Source: Methanothermobacter thermautotrophicus str. Delta H
GTDB lineage: Archaea > Methanobacteriota > Methanobacteria > Methanobacteriales > Methanothermobacteraceae
DNA length: 32,000 nucleotides
NCBI RefSeq assembly: GCF_000008645.1
Contig: NC_000916.1
Coordinates: forward strand, 750,001 to 782,000
Reading direction: 5' to 3'
In this document: one piece after another, positions 1 through 10,598 of the stretch
How the letters are laid out: each line of letters starts with the position of its first letter
Position numbering within the stretch: position 1 is the first letter of the stretch
The notes under the pieces: model-generated
Database searches by the model: none
Told to the model about the DNA's origin: nothing
The model's input: the letters and a program-made list of their open reading frames with translations, nothing else
Made by a program: the position numbers and the translations under genes

Positions 1-1232
1 ACCCTCCTGAAGGACCCTGGCTCACCGGTTTCTGTAACAACCGGGATGTACGAACCCGTCCTTCCAATGAAACCCCCCTTCCTTCCCCTCTCAACAACGA
101 GTATCTCCTGGAATGATCCCACCAGGCGTCTGTTTTCCTCCTCAGTTATCCTCATCTTGAGTTCCTCGAGGGCCCTGGAACGTCTGCGGAGTTCCCTGAA
201 GTCTATCTCATCAAGTGAAGATGACCTGGCACGTGGGCGGTGCCGGTACTTTGAGAGGTGTATGAAGCTGGGTTTAACCTCCTCCAGGAGGCTGCATGTA
301 TCCATGAAGTCCTCCCGCTCCTCTGTGGGGTAGCCAACGATTATGTCCGTTGCGATGGATATGTCGGGGATCTCTGACCTGAACCTTTCAACAATCATCC
401 GGAACTCATCCACTGTGTGTCCCCTCTCCATATCTGCGAGTACACTATCACTGCCACTCTGCACCGGGAGATGAAGGAAGCTGTAGACCTTCTCTGATTT
501 GAATGCCTCAACAAGTCCATCAAGATCCCTGAGGACGCTTGCAGGGTGCATCATACCCACACGTATCCTGAAATTCCCGGGGATCCCTGATATCCCCTTT
601 ATGATGTCTGATAGCTTTTCGCCGGTATCCACCCCATAGGCGGCTGTGTCCTGTGCTGTGAGCTGTATCTCCCTGCAGCCACTGGCCACTGCCTCCCTTG
701 CCTCACTGATGATGAGGTCCGATGGATAACTCTGGATTCTTCCCCTGGCAAACCGGGTGCAGCAGTAACTGCAGCTACCATTGCACCCCTCACATATCGG
801 TATGATGTGTATAAGGGGATTTGACCTGACCCTTGGGACCTTCACCTTCACATCTGACGTGAATCCGGTTATGCGCTCAACCAGACCATTACTGGCGGCC
901 CTGACAGCCTGCGGCGCCCTTCTCAGCTGGTGTGGCCCAAGCCATGATGCATCTCCCGAGATGGCTTCAAGTTTAGAGGGGTCTATTTCGACCATGCAGC
1001 CAGCCACAACGAGACCCTTCTCAGGGTAGGTCTCCTGTATCTTCTTTATCCTGTTTATAACCTTGTGCTCCGTGGGATGCTTAACATAGCATGTGTTGAT
1101 AATTATGACGTCAGCATCATCGATTCCTGTGAGCACAGCGCCCTCCTCCCGGAGGACGCCTGCCATGATCTCAGAGTCTGCCTGGTTGAATGTACATCCA
1201 AATGTCTCTATATAAACCCTGATACCATCCAT
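1..1232 (-). CDS. tRNA threonylcarbamoyladenosine methylthiotransferase-like radical SAM/TRAM protein (archaeal e-MtaB type), 3' end outside window
   Basis: Minus-strand frame read from ATG at 1232: MDGIRVYIETFGCTFNQADSETMAGVLREEG..., then ...IIPICEGCNGSCSYCCTRFARG (CxxxCxxC radical SAM motif); frame remains open to base 1. Confidence 0.88.
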   Translation of the reverse strand, partial: MDGIRVYIETFGCTFNQADSEIMAGVLREEGAVLTGIDDADVIIINTCYVKHPTEHKVINRIKKIQETYPEKGLVVAGCMVEIDPSKLEAISGDASWLGPHQLRRAPQAVRAASNGLVERITGFTSDVKVKVPRVRSNPLIHIIPICEGCNGSCSYCCTRFARGRIQSYPSDLIISEAREAVASGCREIQLTAQDTAAYGVDTGEKLSDIIKGISGIPGNFRIRVGMMHPASVLRDLDGLVEAFKSEKVYSFLHLPVQSGSDSVLADMERGHTVDEFRMIVERFRSEIPDISIATDIIVGYPTEEREDFMDTCSLLEEVKPSFIHLSKYRHRPRARSSSLDEIDFRELRRRSRALEELKMRITEEENRRLVGSFQEILVVERGRKGGFIGRTGSYIPVVTETGEPGSFRR

Positions 1233-1286
1233 TGGAAATCACTCTTTTAAATGTTAACCTGAAAAAATGGATTTGTGGTCTTCAGT

Positions 1287-1940
1287 TCAGTGGAATTTCC
1301 ATCCATGTTTCCCTATCAGCGGGACGAAGGCAACCCCGCCGAGATTTCTGGACCTGTAGTCGTCGGCGGAGGTCCTCTCAATCAGAACCAGTTCCTGATA
1401 GAATTTATCAGAACCCACAGGTATTAAAAGTTTTCCCCCTATCTCCAGCTGCTTCATGAGGGGATCCGGGATGTATGGTGCCGCTGCAGTCACGTATATC
1501 CTGCTGTAGGGTGCCTCATCAGCGAATCCCTGGCTGCCATCGCCGTGTATGACCGTTATGTTATCGTATCCGAGGCTTCTGAGTTTTTTGCGGGCCCTTT
1601 CATAGAGGATTCCTATCCTTTCAACGGTGTAGAGGTGTCCCTCGGGTCCTATGATTTCAGCTATAACAGCTGCATTGTAGCCGCAGCCGGTACCTATCTC
1701 AAGGACCTTCATCCCGGGTTCCAGGTCAAGGATCTCAGCTATCATGGCAACCATGTGGGGTGCCGATATGGTCTGACCCTCACCTATGGGGAGCGGCATG
1801 TCCATGTAGGCCCTGTGCATCTCATCCTCAGGGACAAACTCCTCCCTGGGCACCCTCTCCATGGCCCTCCTGACGGCCTCAGATTTTATGTATCCCCTCT
1901 CCATGAGGTCCTGAACCATTCTCCTTCTCTCATCCATCAT
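1287..1940 (-). CDS. pcm: Protein-L-isoaspartate O-methyltransferase
   Basis: 217 aa; GEGQTISAPHMVAMIAEILDLEPGMKVLEIGTGCGYNAAVIAEI is the classic PCMT/SAM-binding signature. Confidence 0.95.
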   Translation of the reverse strand: MMDERRRMVQDLMERGYIKSEAVRRAMERVPREEFVPEDEMHRAYMDMPLPIGEGQTISAPHMVAMIAEILDLEPGMKVLEIGTGCGYNAAVIAEIIGPEGHLYTVERIGILYERARKKLRSLGYDNITVIHGDGSQGFADEAPYSRIYVTAAAPYIPDPLMKQLEIGGKLLIPVGSDKFYQELVLIERTSADDYRSRNLGGVAFVPLIGKHGWKFH

Positions 1941-1974
1941 GTGACCACAGCAGATCAGCCCCGAAGTCCCGGGA

Positions 1975-2583
1975 TCACACCACCCTGTCTGTCAGGTCAT
2001 GGGTGAATCTCATGTTAACCGGGACCCCGTAGATCCTCTTAATGTTGTGTGCGGGTGCTGAGCCCCTCCTTATCATCCTGTCCCCCGTTTTCATGCTCTT
2101 TATCCTGAAGACGTGTTCACCGATTTTCAGGACGTCACCGACCCTGAAGATGAAGTCCCTGTCGATCTCAACCTTCCTTGAGTAGACCTCACCATGGAGG
2201 TCAACCGAGACACCGACACGTGCAGGTGCCTCAAGTGAAACTGCCCATACCGTCTCGATATCGTCTTCAGTGGCCCTATCAACCCTCTTACCGCTTTTGA
2301 GTTCAATGGAGGTCACCTCAACCAGTTTGCCTGAAACTGTGAGGGCGTCTCCTGCAGATAGCTCCTCACCGGGGTACAGTTCCACCTCATCCCGGTAGGA
2401 TTTCCCGTGCTCACTGACCACTATTCTGTGGGTCCGGGGCTTTTCAATGACGATGCTGTCCCTGAAAACCGTGCCACATTCCTCGCATTCAAGTACAAGG
2501 TGCTTTATCTTCCTTGACCTTGACTCATCGGTCCTGCTCTTCAGGACCCTGAATGATCCTGATCCACAGATAGGGCACTGCAT
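1975..2583 (-). CDS. HVO_0476-like zinc-finger protein of unknown function
   Basis: 202 aa; N-terminal CPICGSGSF...LECEECGTVF zinc ribbon; abuts the upstream leuD-like gene. Confidence 0.75.
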   Translation of the reverse strand: MQCPICGSGSFRVLKSRTDESRSRKIKHLVLECEECGTVFRDSIVIEKPRTHRIVVSEHGKSYRDEVELYPGEELSAGDALTVSGKLVEVTSIELKSGKRVDRATEDDIETVWAVSLEAPARVGVSVDLHGEVYSRKVEIDRDFIFRVGDVLKIGEHVFRIKSMKTGDRMIRRGSAPAHNIKRIYGVPVNMRFTHDLTDRVV

Positions 2584-2585
2584 CT

Positions 2586-3098
2586 CTACCCCTCATCTCC
2601 TGATATGCCAGTATCGATTGTTTTGAGGTAGTGGTTCACGAGTCCGCCGTCCTCGAGGATTGATAGCATGTAATCATTGAAGGGTTTCATCCTGTATTCG
2701 CTGCCTGCTGTGAGGTTCCGGATCTGGCCGCTTCTCAGATCGATGGATACTTCATCCCCGTCATCAGCATCGACCTTCGCCATTATAACAGGCAACCCTA
2801 TGTTTATGGCGTTTCTGTAGAATATCCTTGCAAAGGATTCGGCTATTATTGCGACCACACCTGCATGTTTCAGGGCGACGGGGGCCTGTTCCCTTGATGA
2901 TCCGCAGCCGAAGTTGCGTCCGGCGACGATAATGTCTCCCTTCCTGACCTGAGAGGCGAATTCGGGTCTTGCACCCTCCATCACATGGGACGCCAGTTCA
3001 TCCAGGCTGAAGGTCCTCAGGTAACGGCCCGGTATAATCATATCTGTATCCACGTTGTCACCGAATCTCCATACTCTTCCCCTTATGATTCCTTCCAT
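2586..3098 (-). CDS. 3-isopropylmalate dehydratase / homoaconitase-type small subunit
   Basis: 170 aa; [21 protein letters not shown]...[48 protein letters not shown] is characteristic of LeuD/HacB. Sequence alone does not separate LeuD from HacB. Confidence 0.93.
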   Translation of the reverse strand: MEGIIRGRVWRFGDNVDTDMIIPGRYLRTFSLDELASHVMEGARPEFASQVRKGDIIVAGRNFGCGSSREQAPVALKHAGVVAIIAESFARIFYRNAINIGLPVIMAKVDADDGDEVSIDLRSGQIRNLTAGSEYRMKPFNDYMLSILEDGGLVNHYLKTIDTGISGDEG

Positions 3099-3159
3099 TG
3101 TATCTCCCTTACTGGTGTTCTATCTGGTCCATGAAAAACATCATCAGTCATCTTGGGGT

Positions 3160-4149
3160 TCATTTTATCATGAAGGCTCCCCTGTTGCGGCCTCCTGTTA
3201 CTATTATCCTCCCGGGACCCATGATCTCGGCCACGGCTCCAGCCACATTTCCAGGTTTTTCATCGGTGACCGAGTAGACCGCAGGTCCAAAGGAACTCAT
3301 ACCTGCACCTGGAGCCCCTGCAGATATCATCGAATCTATTATCCTGTCGATGAGTGGGTCCTGGAGTTCCCTTTCGATTCTCTTGAAGCCGGTGCCCTGT
3401 ATCTCGTTGACCGACTCTCCGAAGGCCTCTATATCCCCCTCAAGGATAGCGGGCATCATCTTCATGAGTATTATGTGGGAGAGCCTCTCAACATCACGCA
3501 GAGGGAGGGGGCAGTACTCCTGGAATATGTTAACCTCCCTTCTCCCTGAAACGGATCTATCGATTTCGGGGATGGCTATTATGATGTTCCATTCCTCAGG
3601 AAAATCATACCTTGCAATTACAGGTGGTGGTGAGGCACTTGAGGCAGATGATGGCAGAAAGTCTGACTTCTCCCTGCTGCTGTGGCCTGCATCCACTATG
3701 AATCCTCCATCCTCAAAGGATGCCACCCCTATACCTGAGGTTCCTCCCCTTCCCACAATGTGTGCGAGTTCCCTTGCAGTGAATTTCATTCCATGGTACT
3801 CTGCCACGAGTCTTGCCGTTGCAAGGGACAACTGGGTCCCTGAACCCAGACCTGAGTGGGCAGGGAACATGCTTCGTACGGTGAAATGAAACTTTTCATC
3901 ACTCCCTATGTGCTTGAGGGTTCTCCTTGCAGCTTCCATTATCTTTGACCTGTATTCCTCCCTTAGCTTCCCTTCAGCATGAGAGGTGAATTCAACTCCC
4001 ATATCATCTGAGGCCTCAAGGCCCACCACAAGTTCGGGTTCATTGAGTGTGATCCCAACTCCACCGTCAAGGCGGCCCCTCTCACCGTTGAGGTCTATGA
4101 GGGTCAGGTGGAGTCTGGATGGTGTGTTTATGATCAATTCAATTACCAC
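3160..4149 (-). CDS. mptG: Beta-ribofuranosylaminobenzene 5'-phosphate synthase (RFAP synthase, methanopterin biosynthesis)
   Basis: 329 aa GHMP-like fold: LDGGVGITLNEPEL..., FPAHSGLGSGTQLSLATARLVAEYHG..., VGRGGTSGIGVASFEDGGFIVDAGHS. Confidence 0.88.
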   Translation of the reverse strand: MVIELIINTPSRLHLTLIDLNGERGRLDGGVGITLNEPELVVGLEASDDMGVEFTSHAEGKLREEYRSKIMEAARRTLKHIGSDEKFHFTVRSMFPAHSGLGSGTQLSLATARLVAEYHGMKFTARELAHIVGRGGTSGIGVASFEDGGFIVDAGHSSREKSDFLPSSASSASPPPVIARYDFPEEWNIIIAIPEIDRSVSGRREVNIFQEYCPLPLRDVERLSHIILMKMMPAILEGDIEAFGESVNEIQGTGFKRIERELQDPLIDRIIDSMISAGAPGAGMSSFGPAVYSVTDEKPGNVAGAVAEIMGPGRIIVTGGRNRGAFMIK

Positions 4150-4152
4150 TCC

Positions 4153-5646
4153 TTAATCCTTTGATTCATTAAGGGGCTTTGCAAAGTGCCTTTCAACATC
4201 TGCCCGGTGTATCGAATTCATTGTGCAGAAGGGGACTATGCGGCCGTCAGGGAGGGCGTAGTGTATGACGCACCTCCTGACCCTGTCGATGTCAAAGTTC
4301 CATGGGTCCATGAAGTGCATGCATGATATAAGGAGGGTGTTGTAGTGGAACTCACCGAGGGCTGTGTAGGACCTCTCCTTGAATATGGATGTGAGTATTC
4401 TCTTTATATCCACTGATTCCGGGGCCTCTGATTTATCCAGGGTTTTCGGGAGTTCTATTGCTGATCTTGCAATCACCCTTGCCTTTGCAGCTATTCCTCC
4501 CTCCTCGATTTCATCCTTACCCTTTTCGAGTACCTCAAAGAACCTGTCGACATCGATGAACCTTGTTATTGGAATTATTTTATCGTCCTCTAGGAATATG
4601 TAGGTTGCTGTCCCGCAGTGCTGGTGGCATGTGAAGGTTACCTGGGGTTCTCCCTCAATGGCGGCCACGAAGTCAGATATCGGGCGGACAGATGATGCAG
4701 GGTAGAAGTCATCCATGGATATCTCTGACCCTGTCTGTGCTTCCACCAGTTTCTGGAAGTCCGGTATCGTTATGCGCTGTTCCTCGACCCTGTCGGCAGG
4801 GGTTCTTCCTGCGAAGGAGACCGGCTGGAAGTTAACGCCTCTTATGATGTCAATGTTGTCAATTGCGAATCTTATGATGTCCCCAACCTGGTTGTCGTTC
4901 AGCCCCCTCACCAGTGTCGGGACAAGGACAATGCCAAGACCAACCTTTCTACAGTTCTCTATTGCCTGCAGTTTTATGGGGAGGAGATTTTTACCTCTGG
5001 ATGTAATATATGGTTCCTCTGTGACACCATCGAACTGGAGGTAAACCGTGTTAAGACCTGCCTCCCTGAGTTCAGCTGCAAGTTCAGGTTTACGCGCCAG
5101 TCTGACACCATTGGTGGCTATCTGCACATGGGTGAAGCCCTCCTCCCTTGCAAGTTTCACAAGGTCGACTATGTCCTTCCTGACGGTGGGCTCACCCCCT
5201 GCATACTGAATCGCAGGTGTTGGAACCGGCCTGTTTCTGCGAAGATTTCGCAGCATCTCCCTTATCTCTTCATAGGTTGGTTCATAGATGTAGTTGGACA
5301 CTGCTGCATTGGCAAAACAGATGGGACATTTAAGATTGCATCGATTGGTGACATCAATAAGACCAAGAACAGTGTGGCTTTCGTGTTCAGGGCAGAGCCC
5401 ACAGTCCATTGGACATCCCTTCAGTGGGTCTGTCTGTGGATTCAGGAGACCCTCACCTTCCTCATCATACTCTTCCGCCTTATGGTAGATCTTGGAATTG
5501 CTCCAGTAAACATTTTCAAATTTTCCATGTTCCGGGCATTCCTTTCTTATTAGAACCCTGCCCTCGTCCTCAAAGACCTCCGCATCAACCGGTCTGAGGC
5601 ATTCAGGGCAAAGACTCCTGGTTTTTTTTATTACCACAACAGTCAC
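4153..5646 (-). CDS. tes: MJ0619-like radical SAM protein; probable tetraether lipid (GDGT/macrocyclic archaeol) synthase
   Basis: 497 aa; Cys-rich N-terminus (SLCPECLRPV..CPEHGKF), CPMDCGLCPEHESHTVLGLIDVTNRCNLKCPICFA radical SAM core, C-terminal Cys-rich region. Functional name rests on family knowledge. Confidence 0.75.
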   Translation of the reverse strand: MTVVVIKKTRSLCPECLRPVDAEVFEDEGRVLIRKECPEHGKFENVYWSNSKIYHKAEEYDEEGEGLLNPQTDPLKGCPMDCGLCPEHESHTVLGLIDVTNRCNLKCPICFANAAVSNYIYEPTYEEIREMLRNLRRNRPVPTPAIQYAGGEPTVRKDIVDLVKLAREEGFTHVQIATNGVRLARKPELAAELREAGLNTVYLQFDGVTEEPYITSRGKNLLPIKLQAIENCRKVGLGIVLVPTLVRGLNDNQVGDIIRFAIDNIDIIRGVNFQPVSFAGRTPADRVEEQRITIPDFQKLVEAQTGSEISMDDFYPASSVRPISDFVAAIEGEPQVTFTCHQHCGTATYIFLEDDKIIPITRFIDVDRFFEVLEKGKDEIEEGGIAAKARVIARSAIELPKTLDKSEAPESVDIKRILTSIFKERSYTALGEFHYNTLLISCMHFMDPWNFDIDRVRRCVIHYALPDGRIVPFCTMNSIHRADVERHFAKPLNESKD

Positions 5647-5785
5647 CTGTTAATCTGGATGTTAAAATGCATTGATCAATTCATCGGCAAATGTTATATA
5701 TCTGATCCTTGAAATTATCCATGTATCCTCTTCTTTAAATCTAACCCACTCTCATGGGGTCTTAAAATTTTTGCGAGGTGTACAA

Positions 5786-6301
5786 GTGAATACTGATATT
5801 ATCAATATTATAGATGTTCTCTATGTAATATACTTTATGTTACCCGCATATATGGCAAATATAAGTGGTCTCGTCTTTGGTGGGGGTAAGCCCCTTGATA
5901 TGGGGATAACCCTCGCTGATGGGCGGCGCCTCATAGGTGATGGTGTGACCTGGAGGGGTACCGCTGCTGGTACCTTCGTCGGTTTGGTGGTGGGAATAAT
6001 TCAGGGCCTACTTTCAGGTTCAATAATAATTGGCGTCATTACAGGGCTCCTTCTCGGATTCGGAGCCCTTATGGGTGATGCTGCAGGCAGTTTCATCAAA
6101 AGAAGGCTTAAGATAGATAGAGGGAGGCCTGCGCCAATCCTCGACCAGCTCGATTTCGTTTTCGGAGCCCTGATACTGGTATCCCCAATTGTTGTGCTGC
6201 CCATTGATTACATAATCCTCATAATGCTCATTACACTGGTTCTTCATCTTTCAGCCAACATAATCGCCTACCTCCTAGGTATGAAGGATGTCTGGTACTG
6301 A
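5786..6301 (+). CDS. carS: CDP-archaeol synthase (DUF46)
   Basis: In-frame GTG at 5786 with GAGGTG upstream (track ORF begins 5672). FGGGKPLDMGITLADGRRLIGDGVTWRGTAAG... and FGALMGDAAGSFIKRRLKIDRGRPAPILDQLDFVFGAL; multiple TM segments. Confidence 0.9.
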   Translation: MNTDIINIIDVLYVIYFMLPAYMANISGLVFGGGKPLDMGITLADGRRLIGDGVTWRGTAAGTFVGLVVGIIQGLLSGSIIIGVITGLLLGFGALMGDAAGSFIKRRLKIDRGRPAPILDQLDFVFGALILVSPIVVLPIDYIILIMLITLVLHLSANIIAYLLGMKDVWY

Positions 6302-6530
6302 TGGAATGAATAACCGATAAAGTGATGTGTTTTTTGAGAGAGTGCTGAAAGGGCGTCATGTGATCTCACTTTTCAGGACAAAAAAAGATGCCCATTTCAG
6401 GATTTATTTCTTTCTTGAATCATACACGCAGAAGCAGAGCAAACTGGGACCTGGTTTCAGCCCCCCTCCTTCAATACATATAAAACCATCTCGCTAATTT
6501 ATCTTGGTGGTTCCACATGGTCTCCATTCA

Positions 6531-7196
6531 TCATGAGAGAAGGGAGCTGCTGCTCCTGAGGAGCTTGATGGTCATGAAAAACACCTCAGGGGGTGATGAC
6601 CACTCAGGAACCTCATAGACCAGGGTTGGGTACCCTGCAGCTGCCAGGGGTCTTGAGAAGAGCCTCCCTGACGAACTTCTGTATTTAGCCCTGCCTGAGA
6701 CCTGGTAATAATTGAATCCATCCTCATTAACCCCTTCAGCGATCTCCACGGATGCCCTGTCCATCTGGGGAGTTGCTACATAGAATCCCTCACCGTAGCC
6801 AGGTTTATGGGCATGTGCAATTACAACGAGGTCATAATCTGACCTCTTTATATCCGGGAGGATGTAGGTGGCTGCAAGACCCTCACCGTTGGCTCTGCCC
6901 CTCGAATAATCCTGTGGACTGTCCTCGACGTTGATACTGTAAATTATAACCTCCGCCGGGAGCAGGGCAAATACACGTCCAGCCCACTGGACAGGAGCTA
7001 TCGATACCTCTTCCCTTGGATGTATGCCCGTTACAATGGCTATCTTTACACTCTGCTCACCGTAGTGGGCGTAGATGTCCCTCGTCACGTACCCCCTTGA
7101 ATCCGAGCCTATGGTTGAATGCTCAGAGAGGTTCAGTACCACGATTGTGGTAACAAGGACCGCCACAATGGCTGCAAGAACAATCATTAACCTCAT
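6531..7196 (-). CDS. Membrane-anchored/secreted hydrolase, aspartoacylase/M14-like
   Basis: 221 aa; N-terminal hydrophobic segment MRLMIVLAAIVAVLVTTIVVLNLSE; KIAIVTGIHPREEVSIAP resembles the HxxE zinc-ligand region; later DLVVIAHAHKP. Confidence 0.5.
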   Translation of the reverse strand: MRLMIVLAAIVAVLVTTIVVLNLSEHSTIGSDSRGYVTRDIYAHYGEQSVKIAIVTGIHPREEVSIAPVQWAGRVFALLPAEVIIYSINVEDSPQDYSRGRANGEGLAATYILPDIKRSDYDLVVIAHAHKPGYGEGFYVATPQMDRASVEIAEGVNEDGFNYYQVSGRAKYRSSSGRLFSRPLAAAGYPTLVYEVPEWSSPPEVFFMTIKLLRSSSSLLS

Positions 7197-7226
7197 GGAA
7201 CCAGCTTCGTCTCATATTTTAAGTGT

Positions 7227-8258
7227 TCATAAGCCCTGGGCCTGGAGATAGTCCTCCATGAGGAGTGCTGTGCCCACTGCAGGTGCCACCACACACTCCT
7301 CCTCAGTTAAGAATTCATCCATGGTCCTGCATTCCAGTTCAAGGACCTCTGCAGCCCTCTGTGCCAGTATCTTCATCCCGAGACCCGTTGTAACAACCTC
7401 CTCGAGGCCCTCACGCTCTGAAACCTCGGCTATCCCCTCAGCTATCTTTAGGATCTGCTGGTGGTAGATGTACTCTGCAACGTCAAGCACGTCGCCCGGG
7501 CTGAGGAGTTCAAGGTCAGCGCATAGAACCCGGGCTATCCTCAGCATGCACTCCTCCACCGATTTCCCGGCCCCATCGGGTGTGCTGCATGTGTAATCTG
7601 ATTCCCCGATGTTCCCCAGTACCCTGTGGACGTCTGCGGTGACTGCGAAGAGTTCAGATGAAACCCTGAACCATTTATCCTGGAGGGGCACCCTGTCAAC
7701 TATGGTGGCCACGTTGGTCCGGAGTGTCCCTGTGTATACCAGTTCACCTGTTGAAAGCCTTTCAAGGTCATTTCTACCCCTTGCAGCCTCGAAGCCGTCC
7801 TTTACAGGGATTATATCTGTTGTGGTACTTCCAACATCAACCATTATGCAGTCACTGCTCATTGCAGATGCTATCTGGGATGTTGCAACCCAGTTGGCTG
7901 CTGCTATGTTCATGGGGTCTGCGAGGGCCTCTGATGCATCGACCATCCCTGAGAGACTCACGTATGCAACTGGAACATCAAAGGCCCCCTCCACCCTGTC
8001 AATTATATCAGCAACACCGGCAGCCTTGCTGGGGTATGCGTCCACCAGTTCAGCTGTCATGCATACCCCCACACCCTCCAGTTCATGAAGGTCATCGCCC
8101 ACCATCTCAAGGAGTGTCTCTGCAAGTTCGTCCTTTCTGAGCCACATCGGGAGGTACCTGAAATCAACCCTCACCTCCTTCATGTCTCCATCAGAGCCAA
8201 AGTCTATTATGGCCATGTCGGTGTTTGCTCCTCCAATATCAAATCCTGCAATCTTCAT
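7227..8258 (-). CDS. mfnF: MfnF-like enzyme of methanofuran biosynthesis (ASKHA / hydantoinase-like, 'H4MPT-linked C1 transfer pathway' family)
   Basis: 343 aa; MKIAGFDIGGANTDMAIIDF..., AANWVATSQIASA..DCIMVDVGSTTTDIIPVKDG. Adjacent to mfnD. Confidence 0.8.
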   Translation of the reverse strand: MKIAGFDIGGANTDMAIIDFGSDGDMKEVRVDFRYLPMWLRKDELAETLLEMVGDDLHELEGVGVCMTAELVDAYPSKAAGVADIIDRVEGAFDVPVAYVSLSGMVDASEALADPMNIAAANWVATSQIASAMSSDCIMVDVGSTTTDIIPVKDGFEAARGRNDLERLSTGELVYTGTLRTNVATIVDRVPLQDKWFRVSSELFAVTADVHRVLGNIGESDYTCSTPDGAGKSVEECMLRIARVLCADLELLSPGDVLDVAEYIYHQQILKIAEGIAEVSEREGLEEVVTTGLGMKILAQRAAEVLELECRTMDEFLTEEECVVAPAVGTALLMEDYLQAQGL

Positions 8259-8330
8259 GAAACTTCATCTCCATAATCCATCAATCTTGCTGTAGAGTTA
8301 GAGAAATATGCGGCGAATCAACAGTAAAGA

Positions 8331-9305
8331 TCAGTATCCCCTGAAACCTTCAGTGACCTCCACAACCATGCCATCGATGCCCTTCCTGAAGGATGCTGTG
8401 CCATTGAATTTAACACCAGAAGGGAGTCTTCCAAGGACAGATTCAAGTATGAGGTGGCCAAGGTTCGCCTCCGTGACCCTTCTGAGCCCTATGTATGGTG
8501 TTGTGATCCGGGAGTTTATCTCAACAACGTAGGGCTCATCTGCAAGTATGAGGTCAACGCCAACATATCCCCTTAAACCTGTAATGGACTCCACGGCCCT
8601 CCTGGCGACGGTGAATGCATCCTCCCTCATCTCATGATCCACAGGTGCGCTACCACCATTGTATTCCAGTTCACTGCCAGCCATGATGATGTCCTGCCTG
8701 TTGAGGCTCAGGGGGAGTGCCTTCTCACCGTTGGATAGGAGGCTCACACTTACACTCTCGCCCTCAATAAAGTCCTGTATGATCATGTCTCCTGATAAAT
8801 CCGGCTCATCCCCTGGTTCAAGGATCCTTATGCCCTGACAGGCAACCCCGTCGGCAGGTTTCACTATGAGCCTTGAAGGAACATCAACGATCTCTTCAGG
8901 TTCATAGGTCCCGATGAGGGGGACCCTTCCATCAAGGGCCCTGTATGTCAGCCTCTTATCTGAACATGTCCTCACGGCATCCCCTGATGAGCCAAGGAGC
9001 AGCACGCCTGATTCCTCAACGATGCGGGTGAGCCTGTAAAGCTCCATGCCCTCCTCTGCTGCGATGAAAATGCATGCATCGAATCCCTCAAGGTTCTCCT
9101 GAAGCCATTCATCCAGATCACCTATGATGGATGGTCTGAACCCCGCCCCGATGTCCATATCTGCAAACCTCTCAGAGAGGAGGAACTCAACATCAAAGTC
9201 CCTGAAATCTGTAAGGAGGGCCTCCAGCATTGATCGTCCTTCAAGGAATATTTCAGGGTCGTCTATACCTGAGGCCGTGGCATATTCAAAGATAAGGAGC
9301 TTCAA
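8331..9305 (-). CDS. mfnD: Tyramine--L-glutamate ligase (ATP-grasp, methanofuran biosynthesis)
   Basis: 324 aa; [13 protein letters not shown]..., ATP-grasp motifs [63 protein letters not shown] overlap with upstream gene. Confidence 0.8.
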   Translation of the reverse strand: MKLLIFEYATASGIDDPEIFLEGRSMLEALLTDFRDFDVEFLLSERFADMDIGAGFRPSIIGDLDEWLQENLEGFDACIFIAAEEGMELYRLTRIVEESGVLLLGSSGDAVRTCSDKRLTYRALDGRVPLIGTYEPEEIVDVPSRLIVKPADGVACQGIRILEPGDEPDLSGDMIIQDFIEGESVSVSLLSNGEKALPLSLNRQDIIMAGSELEYNGGSAPVDHEMREDAFTVARRAVESITGLRGYVGVDLILADEPYVVEINSRITTPYIGLRRVTEANLGHLILESVLGRLPSGVKFNGTASFRKGIDGMVVEVTEGFRGY

Positions 9306-10597
9306 GGACGGCCCACGCCCCTGAATGTTATACCCCTTGTCCTGAACCTCTCAGGGTCCATGACGGGCCTTGTGCATATGAATATCCCGCCCGGGATCAT
9401 CTCGGGTGTTATTTCAAGGTACTCTGTGTGGTCTGTCATGAGGACCACGCAGTCAGAGTTGAGGGCCTCCTCAAGGGAAACCGGTTCAACACCCATCCCC
9501 CTTATAATTTCTGGGCTGACATGGGGGTCGTTCACCAGGACCCTGGCTCCCTCAGAGAGAAGGGCTGCGACCAGTGGCCTTGTTGGCGTCTCCCTTGCAT
9601 CAGCCACATCACCCTTGTAGGCAACCCCGAGAATCCCCACATTTGAACCCTTTAGGGTCTTACCCCGGGATTCAAGGGTTTCCCTCACGATTTCAAGGAC
9701 GTGCAGGGGCATGGACTCATTTACCTCCCTGGCCGTCCTTATTAGCCTTGCAGGCACGCCCTTCCTCTCCGCCATCTCCACTATGAAGTAGGGGTCTATT
9801 GAGAGGCAGTGGCCGCCAACACCCGGACCCGGTGTGTGTATGTTCACCCTCGGATGGTGGTTTGCTGCCTCGATGGCGTTTATGGCGTCTATGCCAAGGG
9901 CCTCACATATAACCGCAAGCTCATTGGCAAGGGCTATGTTGGTGTCCCTGTAGGTGTTCTCCATCAGTTTAACCATCTCGGCTGTCATGAGGTCATCCAC
10001 AACTATTACCTCACCGGATGTTATCCTCCTGTAGAGTGCAGCAGCCCTCCGGGCGCTTTCAGGGTCAGCGCCCCCTATTACCCTTGCATTGTTCTGCATT
10101 TCATGGAGTGTGTTGTTAGGCAGTGCCCTCTCCGGCGTGTAGGCGAGTCCAAAGTCCTCTGAGACCTTAAGACCTGTTTTCTCCAGTATAGGGAGTACCA
10201 CGTTCTGACAGGCACCCGGGGGTACTGTGCTCTCCACTATCACAAGGTCCCCCTTTTTAAGGCCCCTGGAGATTGTTTCGGCTGCAGATATCACTGCAGA
10301 TAGATCGGATGTGTTTTCACTGTTGACCGGTGTTGGCACAACGATTATCATGACCTCTGATTCTGCTGCAGCCCTTTCACCGTCCATGGTGGCCCCCAGA
10401 TTACCGGTCCCAACGACCTCTGCCACCAGTTCATCAAGACCCGGTTCAAGGACGGGTGACCTTCCTATGTTAACCTTCTCCACTGTTTCAGGGTTTATGT
10501 CAACCCCTGTGACCTTAAAGCCGGCCCTTGCAAATAGTGCCGCTGTTGGAAGACCTATGTGCCCAAGACCAAATACTGCTATCCTCTGATCATCCAT
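9302..10597 (-). CDS. wecC: UDP-N-acetyl-D-mannosamine dehydrogenase
   Basis: 431 aa; [31 protein letters not shown], ...[11 protein letters not shown]..., [38 protein letters not shown]. Confidence 0.9.
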   Translation of the reverse strand: MDDQRIAVFGLGHIGLPTAALFARAGFKVTGVDINPETVEKVNIGRSPVLEPGLDELVAEVVGTGNLGATMDGERAAAESEVMIIVVPTPVNSENTSDLSAVISAAETISRGLKKGDLVIVESTVPPGACQNVVLPILEKTGLKVSEDFGLAYTPERALPNNTLHEMQNNARVIGGADPESARRAAALYRRITSGEVIVVDDLMTAEMVKLMENTYRDTNIALANELAVICEALGIDAINAIEAANHHPRVNIHTPGPGVGGHCLSIDPYFIVEMAERKGVPARLIRTAREVNESMPLHVLEIVRETLESRGKTLKGSNVGILGVAYKGDVADARETPTRPLVAALLSEGARVLVNDPHVSPEIIRGMGVEPVSLEEALNSDCVVLMTDHTEYLEITPEMIPGGIFICTRPVMDPERFRTRGITFRGVGRP

Positions 10598-10598
10598 A

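Noticed and set aside
3350-3889. 179-aa plus-strand ORF inside the RFAP synthase gene
   Set aside because: Shadow ORF opposite a well-supported GHMP-type gene.
6302-6530. AGTGATG...CTGA...ATGTGAT in the convergent intergenic, considered as a box C/D sRNA
   Set aside because: Spacings are wrong for an archaeal C/D sRNA and no final D box follows; more likely terminator or spacer sequence with T/A runs.
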